The position numbers and the translations under genes were made by a program. A DNA stretch of 64,000 nt from an uncultured delta proteobacterium (GTDB taxonomy: Bacteria > Myxococcota > Myxococcia > Myxococcales > Anaeromyxobacteraceae). The notes below the pieces were generated by a model. The model was not told the origin of the DNA and did not search any database. It was given only the letters and a program-made list of their open reading frames with translations. Below, piece after piece: positions 56,262 to 64,000 of this stretch (position 1 is the stretch's first letter; each line of letters begins with the position of its first letter). Location: the NCBI GenBank assembly GCA_963766715.1, contig CAVYBH010000008.1:224001-288000 (forward strand), written 5' to 3'.

Positions 56262-57860
56262 CTACCGGTGCTCGGCGGCGAGGTCCGGGTGCTTCTCCAG
56301 GTACTCGGCGAAGGTCCCCGGGAAGTCGTTCACCGGCTCGCCCGCGCGCACGTGCCAGATCCGGGTGGCCGCCTCCTCGATGAGCTGCTGGTCGTGGGTC
56401 ACGAAGACGGCCGTGCCCTCGTAGCGCTTCAGCCCGTCGGAGAGCGCGGCGATGGCCTCGAGGTCGAGGTGGTTGGTGGGCTCGTCGAGGACCAGCACGT
56501 TGGGCCTGTCCATCATGAGCTTGGCCATGAGAAGCCGCACGGTCTCGCCGCCGGAGAGGGTGGCGGTGGGCTTCATGCGCTCCTCGCCGGAGAAGAGCAT
56601 CCGGCCCAGCAGGCCGGAGATCTCCTCGTTCGAGAGCTTGTCCTCCTGCTCGCGCAGCCAGCCGAAGGCGGTGGTCCCGGGGTGGATGAGCCCGGCGTGG
56701 TCCTGCGGCAGGTAGCCGGTGATGGCCTGGTGGCCCCACTTCACGGTGCCGGCGGAGGGCTCGAGCGCGCCGACCAGCAGCTTCACCAGCGTGGACTTGC
56801 CGGCGGCGTTCTTCCCGATGACGGCGATCTTCTCGCCCCGGGCGACGAGCGCCGTGAAGGGCTGGATCACCTCGTTGCCGTGGAAGCGCTTCTCCAGATC
56901 GCGGATCTCGATCGTCTGCTTCCCGCTCGGGGCCTTGGGCTCGAACTTGATGAACGGGGCCTGGATGTTCGACCGCTTCAGGTCCTCGAGGCGCAGCTTC
57001 TGGATCTGGGTCTTGCGGCTCTGGACCTGCGAGGCGCGGGTGCCGGCGGAGAAGCGGGCCACGAACTCCTGGAGCTGCTCGATCCGCTTCTTCTTCTCGG
57101 AGTTCTCCGACTCGATGCGGTTCCGGACCTCGCCCTTCTGCCGCACCATCCCGTCGTAGCCGCCGGTGTAGGTGATGATGGTCTCGTAGTCGATGTCGGC
57201 GATGTGCGTGCAGATGGCGTTCAGGAAGTGGCGGTCGTGGCTGATGGTGACGAGCACCCCCTCGTAGTCGCGGAGGAAGGTCTCCAGCCAGCGGATCGAG
57301 TCGAGGTCGAGGTTGTTGGTGGGCTCGTCGAGCAGCAGCCCCTGGGGCTTGCCGAAGAGGGCCTGGGCGAGCAGCACGCGCAGCTTGAGGCCGCCGGCCA
57401 GGCTCTTCATGGGCTGCTCGTGCCACCCGGTGCCGATGCCGAGCCCCTGGAGGAGCGCGGCCGCCTGGGCCTCGGCCTCGTAGCCGTCCTCCTCGGCGAT
57501 GATCCCCTCGAGCTCGGCCAGCTTGTGCCCGTCCTCCTCCGAGATGTCGGGCTGGGCCAGGATGTCGTCCTTCTCCTTCATCGCCTTCCAGAGGACGGCG
57601 TTGCCCATGAGCACCACGTCGATGACCCGGTCGCCCTCGTAGCGGAAGTGGTCCTGGCGCAGGATGCCGAGCCGCTTGGGCCGGTGGACGTGGCCGGTGT
57701 CCGAATCCTCGTCCCCGGAGAGGATCTTCATGAAGGTGGACTTGCCGGCGCCGTTGGGGCCGGTGAGCCCGTAGCGGCGACCCGGGGAGAACGTGACGTT
57801 CACGTCCTCGAACAGCTTCTTGGGGCCGAAGGCCTTGGTGACGTCCTGGACCGAGATCAT
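56262..57860 (-). CDS. ABC-F family ATPase (YbiT-like)
   Basis: Two ABC domains (GPNGAGKST, LLLDEPTNNLD; GKNAAGKST, VLDEPTNHLD); linker ASQVQSRK; no TM segments. Confidence 0.92.
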   Translation of the reverse strand: MISVQDVTKAFGPKKLFEDVNVTFSPGRRYGLTGPNGAGKSTFMKILSGDEDSDTGHVHRPKRLGILRQDHFRYEGDRVIDVVLMGNAVLWKAMKEKDDILAQPDISEEDGHKLAELEGIIAEEDGYEAEAQAAALLQGLGIGTGWHEQPMKSLAGGLKLRVLLAQALFGKPQGLLLDEPTNNLDLDSIRWLETFLRDYEGVLVTISHDRHFLNAICTHIADIDYETIITYTGGYDGMVRQKGEVRNRIESENSEKKKRIEQLQEFVARFSAGTRASQVQSRKTQIQKLRLEDLKRSNIQAPFIKFEPKAPSGKQTIEIRDLEKRFHGNEVIQPFTALVARGEKIAVIGKNAAGKSTLVKLLVGALEPSAGTVKWGHQAITGYLPQDHAGLIHPGTTAFGWLREQEDKLSNEEISGLLGRMLFSGEERMKPTATLSGGETVRLLMAKLMMDRPNVLVLDEPTNHLDLEAIAALSDGLKRYEGTAVFVTHDQQLIEEAATRIWHVRAGEPVNDFPGTFAEYLEKHPDLAAEHR

Positions 57861-57964
57861 GACGGGCGCCGATGTAACCCAAGTCCGCGTTTTTCGCGAG
57901 GGGTGAGGGTACCCCCCACCCCGGGTGCGCACCCGGAGCGCGACGGCCTTATGACCATCCGACG

Positions 57965-58468
57965 ATGGGAAAGGTGAAGGAGGTGCTCCGGCGGCGCGTG
58001 GCGGCCCCGGTCGTCCAGCAGCTCAAGCAGGGCGTGACGCCGGAGAAGCTGGCGCTGTCGCTCGCGCTCGGGGTGGTGGTGTCGGTGATGCCCATCCTGG
58101 GCATCACCACGATCTTCGCGCTCGCGCTGTCGGCTGCGCTGCGGCTCAACCACGCCGCGGTGGTGGCGGCGAACTACGCGGCCTATCCCCTGCAGATCGT
58201 CCTCTACGTCCCCTTCTTCCAGCTGGGCGCCTGGCTCACCCGGGGCCCGCCCGTCCCCTTCTCCCTTCCCCAGATCCGCGCCGAGCTCGCGGCCGGCATC
58301 TGGCCCACCGTCGTGAAGTACGCCGAGGCGAACGTCCGGGCCATGGCGGCCTGGGTCGCGCTGGCGCCGCTCGCCACCTGGATCCTCTTCCTCGTCCTCC
58401 GTCCGCTGCTCGCGAAGCTCCCCATTCCCCGGTCGGAGCCTGCGGTGAAGGAAACGGACCCGGCGTGA
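57965..58468 (+). CDS. DUF2062 family membrane protein
   Basis: TPEKLALSLALG..P..G.TT, RLN, ANY..YPLQ. Confidence 0.85.
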   Translation: MGKVKEVLRRRVAAPVVQQLKQGVTPEKLALSLALGVVVSVMPILGITTIFALALSAALRLNHAAVVAANYAAYPLQIVLYVPFFQLGAWLTRGPPVPFSLPQIRAELAAGIWPTVVKYAEANVRAMAAWVALAPLATWILFLVLRPLLAKLPIPRSEPAVKETDPA

Positions 58469-59418
58469 ACGAGCGCGGGCGAGAGCGCATCTTCGCGGCC
58501 TGCGCGCCGGGGCTCGAGCCGACGCTCGCCCGGGAGCTCGTGGCGCTCGGGCTGCGGGCGCGCGCCGTCGCGGGCGGCGTGGAGGCGGACGGCCAGGACG
58601 CCACCGCGGTCGCCTGCCTGGGCTCCCGCGCGGCGGACGCCGTGAAGGCCCGGCTCTGGGAAGGCCCGGCCGGCGGGACCGCCGCGGCCCGCCGCGAGCT
58701 CGCGAGGAGGCTTCCCGGCGTGGAGCTGGAGTCGCGCCGCGACGGGGAGCGGGCCACCCTCTCCGCGGACGCCTCCGGGGCGATGCTCTTCAAGCGGGGC
58801 TGGCGGGCCCGGGTCGGCGCGGCGCCGCTGCGCGAGAGCCTCGCGGCCGGCCTGCTCCTCGAGCTGGGCTTCGACGGCGCCCTGCCGCTCTTCGACCCCA
58901 TGTGCGGGTCGGGGACCATTCCCATCGAGGGCGCCCTGCTCTCGGCGCGCCGCGCGCCGGGGCTCGGGCGCACCTTCGCCTTCGAGGGCTGGCCGGGGCA
59001 CGACGCAGCCCGGACCGGGGCGGTGCGCGACCGGCTGGCGGCGCTCGCCCGCCCTCCCCCGGCTGCCGTGGTCGGCTGCGACCGGAACGGCGGCGCGGTG
59101 CGGCTCGCCACGAAGAACGCCGAGGCCGCGGGGATGGCGCCCTTCGTCCGCATCGAGCGGGCCGACGCGGGCGACGTCGTCCCGCCCGCGGGGCCGGGCT
59201 TCTGCCTCGTGAACCCGCCCTACGGCGTCCGACTCGACCGCGAGGTCGAGGAGTCCTGGCGCGCGCTCGGCCGGCTCATCGGCCGGCTCGGCGGATGGAC
59301 GGTGGGCGTGCTCGCCTTCGACCCGGCGCCCGCCCGGCTGCTCCCGGGGACGCCGGCCCGGACGCTCGACGTCCAGAACGGCGGCCTGCGCTGCCGGTTC
59401 CTGGTCTACCGCACATGA
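58465..59418 (+). CDS. THUMP-type RNA methyltransferase (RlmL-like, reduced THUMP region)
   Basis: CAPGLE, KRGWR...APLRESLAA, DPMCGSGTI.IE, NPPYG. Confidence 0.85.
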   Translation: MNERGRERIFAACAPGLEPTLARELVALGLRARAVAGGVEADGQDATAVACLGSRAADAVKARLWEGPAGGTAAARRELARRLPGVELESRRDGERATLSADASGAMLFKRGWRARVGAAPLRESLAAGLLLELGFDGALPLFDPMCGSGTIPIEGALLSARRAPGLGRTFAFEGWPGHDAARTGAVRDRLAALARPPPAAVVGCDRNGGAVRLATKNAEAAGMAPFVRIERADAGDVVPPAGPGFCLVNPPYGVRLDREVEESWRALGRLIGRLGGWTVGVLAFDPAPARLLPGTPARTLDVQNGGLRCRFLVYRT

Positions 59419-59506
59419 AAGCCAACGAAATCACTGAGGATTCCGGACGGCGACGCCGTCACCAGGATGTGACCTGGCCTACACACGCCGGTGACAGTCG
59501 CTCGGC

Positions 59507-60148
59507 ATGATGCCTCCCGTGAGTGACCTGCGCGACACCGCCCCGATGTCCCTGACCGCTTCGGCGGAAGGGACCGACGCCTCCGGGATCCCGGCAGTGC
59601 CGGAGCTCTCCAGGCAGGTGGGCCGGCTCGCCAGGCTCCTCGCAATCGACGAGCGGCTCCTCGTCGCCGCGCGCCGGCTCCACGGTCCGTGGCGCACGGC
59701 GGTGGCGAGGGCGCTCACCCGGGCCGGCAACACGTCGTCCTGGACCCTCGCCTGCCTGGTCCTGCTCGTGGCCGGCGGACCCTTCACCGTCCTGGGCGCA
59801 CGGCTCGCCGCCGCCACGCTGCTCGGGACACTCTTCTCGCAGGCCCTGAAGCGCTCGCTCCACCGCCCGCGCCCCACCTCGGCCATCCAAGGGTTCGAGG
59901 CGCTGGCCGAGAACCCCGACCGCTTCTCCTTCCCGTCCGGCCACACCACGGCCGCCTTCGCCGCCGCGGTGGCGCTGGCCGGCGCTCCGTTCGGCATCGG
60001 GCCGGCCGCGCTCGTCCTGGCCGTGGGCATCGGGCTGTCGCGGGTGTACCTGGGCGCCCACTACCCGCTCGACGTCGCGGTGGGCGTGGCCCTGGGCAGC
60101 ACCGCCGGCGCGCTGGCGCGCCTCGGTCTCGGGCTCCTCGGCCTCTAG
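59507..60148 (+). CDS. PAP2 family phosphatase (start uncertain)
   Basis: K....RPRP, SFPSGH, SRVYLGAHYPLDV. Confidence 0.88.
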   Translation: MMPPVSDLRDTAPMSLTASAEGTDASGIPAVPELSRQVGRLARLLAIDERLLVAARRLHGPWRTAVARALTRAGNTSSWTLACLVLLVAGGPFTVLGARLAAATLLGTLFSQALKRSLHRPRPTSAIQGFEALAENPDRFSFPSGHTTAAFAAAVALAGAPFGIGPAALVLAVGIGLSRVYLGAHYPLDVAVGVALGSTAGALARLGLGLLGL

Positions 60149-61945
60149 CCCTGGTTCTGCACCTGGTCCTGACCTTGGCCCTGGTCCTGCCCGGGCCGCG
60201 CCGGCTCGTACTCGTCCTCGGCCTCGACCCGCACCTCGACCTCGAGCTTCTCCCCGCCCCCGCCCACGAAGAGCGTCCCGGAGGTGGGGGTGGCGTCGCG
60301 GTAGCTGCGTCCGACCGCGACCCGCACGTGGTCGGTCTGGGTGAGGATGCCGTTGGTGGGATCGAAGCCCTTCCAGCCCACCTCGGGCAGGAAGACCTGC
60401 GCCCAGGCGTGTGAGGCCTCGGCCTGCCGCTGGTTGGGGTTCTTGGGGCCGGTCCAGAGGTAGCCGCACACGTAGCGCGCCGGGAGCCCGAGCAGCCGGG
60501 CCAGGCACATGAAGAGGTTGGTGAAGTCCTGGCAGACGCCGCGGCGGTTCGAGTAGACCTCGAAGGGCGTGGTGAAGACCGTCGTTGCACCCGGAGTGTA
60601 CTTGTACTCCCGGAAGATCGACTGGTTCACGTCGAGCAGCGTGTCGACGAGGTCGAAGTCGTTGCGCACCGCGAAGCTCATGGCGTACTCGCTGAGCTCC
60701 CGCAGCTCCGACTCGGCCAGCTCGGGCGGCAGCAGGAAGGGCTGCAGGACTTGCTGGTGCCAGGGCATCCACACCACCGGGATCTGGGCCCGCTGGTGGA
60801 GCGGCTTGTAGGAGAGCGGATCGACGTCGAGCACCTCGACGCGCGAGGTGGAGGTGATGACCATCTCGTCGTAGGGCCGGTCGATCTCCATCCGGCGGGC
60901 CTGGTTCCCGAAGACGTCCTCGTAGTCCCGGTACTTCCCCCCCACCGAGACCTCGATGGCGTTCGAGATCAGCCGCTGGAGGCGGTCCTCGACGGGCACG
61001 AGCTTGAAGACGTGGGAGCTGCGCTCGACCGGATGGTCGTAGCGGTAGGAGGTCCGGTGGACCACGCGGAAGCGGCGCGGCTTGGCCCGGGCCGGGCGCG
61101 GCATCTGCCGGCGCTGCGTCCCGGGGAGCTTCGGATGGCCGCCCGGGATGACCCACGGCTCCACCACCTCGCGGACCGCTCCCTGCCGGAGGATGACCAG
61201 CTGGCCGGGGGGCACCGCTCGCCACTCCTGGTCCTCGCCGTTCACCTGGAGCGGGTGCGAGCTGGCCACCACGCCCTTGCGGCTCTTCACGCCGCGCTTG
61301 CCCAGGTCGACCACCAGCTCCCCGTCGCCCAGCGTGAGCCGGTCGTAGGGCGGGAGCACCTCCCACAGCCAGATGCCCGCCGACTCCCGGTCGGCGTAGA
61401 CCGCCACGTCGTGCCCGTCGGTGAGCACGCAGGTGAGGTTGCCGTGGTCGTTCACCGACCCCAGCCACTCGAGGAGCGATGCGCGGGTCGGCCTCGCCGA
61501 TGCTCTTCCAGCCCCTCTCGGCGAAGCGGTTCATCAGCTCGCAGAAGATGAGCTCGGTGTCGGTGGCGCCCACCGGCTCGAACGGCGCGCCCGGCCGGAG
61601 CTCGAGCCGGTGGAGCAGCGAGCCGGCGTGCCCGAAGAGCCAGTCCCGGCGCCCCCAGGCCCGCAGGAAGGGCTGGGTGTTGGCGTCGGAGATGGCGCCC
61701 CAGGTGGCGCGCCGGACGTGGAGCAGGAAGATGGAGGACTCGAGGTGCTCCCAGGCCTTCACCAGCTCGGAGCGGATCGAGCCGCTGGGCGGCGCGGGCT
61801 CCTTGAGCACGGACGCGGCGGGCTCGCCGCCGGGGTAGTAGCCGATTCCCCAGCCGTCGGGCGGAATCTCTCCCTGGGACAGGCACCGGAGGTCGAAGGA
61901 GGGCGCGAGCTCGCCTTCGAAGGACATCGCGAGGAGGTTGGGCAT
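60145..61945 (-). CDS. Fusion of class II glutamine amidotransferase-like (NTN) domain and bacterial transglutaminase (frameshift near 61480)
   Basis: N-terminal PDGWGIGYY, HVRRAT, NTQPF, GATDTE; C-terminal HRTSYRY, GVCQDF, YVCGY, SHAW, FDPTN, GRSYRD. Confidence 0.85.
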
Positions 61946-61958
61946 CGAGGGCGCAGGG

Positions 61959-62932
61959 TCACTGGGCCGACATCTCGGCCGCGGGTGCCGCAGCATACCC
62001 CAGGAGCTCGGTCCCGATGACGCCCGCGATCGCCGCGGTCTCGTCGACCACATGGGTGAGGAGCTCGTGCAGCCCGTTCACGTCGAAGTCCTTCTCCAGC
62101 GCCGCCACCCAGTTCGCCAGCCCCCGGAGCCGCTCCCAGCTCCGGATGCCCGGCAGCGACTCCTCCTCCGGCGGGCGGATCCGCTCGAGGCGGGAGACCG
62201 CGGCGCGCAGCGAGAACCGCACCGAGCGGGGGAAGATCGGGTCGACCACCAGGAAGCGGGCCACCGCGGCCGGGCTCACCCGCCCCCGGTGCACCTTCAT
62301 GAAGGGCTCGAAGCCCGAGCAGGCGCGCAGGAGCGCCAGCCACAGCGCGGTCTCGATGACCTCGTGCGACCCCAGCGCCTGGAAGGCGTGGTGGTGCACG
62401 TCGAGGATCCGGGAGGTCTGGCCGGTGCGCTCGAGCATCGTGCCGAGGAGCATGAAGTGCATGGCGTCGTCGAAGAGCATGGTCCCCCGGACGATGCCCT
62501 GCAGCGACTGCATCGAGGTGCGGATCCGCCGGTAGAAGGCGTGCCGGTCCTCGCGCCACTCGACGCGGGCCCGGGGGCTCCCGGCCCAGAGGTAGATGGC
62601 GTTCAGGGCCTCCCAGGTCTCCAGGCTCACCACCTCCCGGATGGACCGGGCGTTGTCGCGGGCCGCGGCGAGCGAGCAGGTGATGGAGCTGGGGTTCTGG
62701 TCGTCCCAGGTCATGTAGTCCTGGATGCGCTCGCCGTCGTCGGGACGTCCCTGGCCTGCCTCCGCGTAGCGCTCCTGCTCGCCCGAGACGATGATGACCG
62801 GCAGCCACACGTGGCGCGGGTTGAGCCCCACGTCGAGCGCCAGGTTGCGGGTCACGCCCAGGACGCGGGCGGTGGACTCGGCCCGCTCCAGGTAGCGCCC
62901 CAGCCAGAAGCAGTGATCGGCGACGCGGGAGA

Positions 62933-62936
<4 letters not shown>
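61959..62936 (-). CDS. Alpha-E domain protein (DUF403)
   Basis: [47 protein letters not shown]. Confidence 0.9.

Positions 62937-64000
<1,064 letters not shown>

Noticed and set aside
59468..59485. CRP-like site TGTGACCTGGCCTACACA upstream of the PAP2 gene
   Set aside because: The right half-site does not match TCACA at the 6-bp spacing; too weak to call

Overview
Very GC-rich, gene-dense bacterial chromosomal window. Gene content (DUF4388 protein, DUF1570/TPR lipoprotein, recA-fmt-rsmB-rpe, DEGS-type desaturase) suggests Myxococcota, Anaeromyxobacter-like; this taxonomy is an inference. About 60 CDSs are supported. Housekeeping genes include maeB, pyrF, proS, ispG, trxB, moaC, ggt, glmU, glmS, thpR, recA, fmt, rsmB and rpe. 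Transport systems include a LolCDE/MacB-like ABC with a LolA-like protein and an outer-membrane protein, liv ABC plus a porin, a TPAT-type TRAP and an RND efflux pump. A circularly permuted ATP-grasp / alpha-E / NTN-amidotransferase-transglutaminase operon sits at the right edge. About 20 genes, including essential ones (proS, glmS, trxB), carry single-base frameshifts, most likely long-read indel errors rather than pseudogenes. No rRNA, tRNA, CRISPR or mobile element was seen. The most notable unannotated signals are: (1) a tandem pair of 24-aa hydrophobic microproteins, each with its own ECF-type promoter and RBS, between thpR and the exonuclease/recA locus; (2) a candidate sigma54-driven small RNA with a C-rich loop and terminator; (3) the peptide-ligase operon, whose NTN domain lacks the catalytic Cys; (4) eukaryote-like sphingolipid enzymes; (5) a Gram-positive-type SOS box at recA; (6) a cysteine-free UDG; and (7) recurrent leaderless promoter architecture. 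All family calls come from motif recognition; no database search was run.
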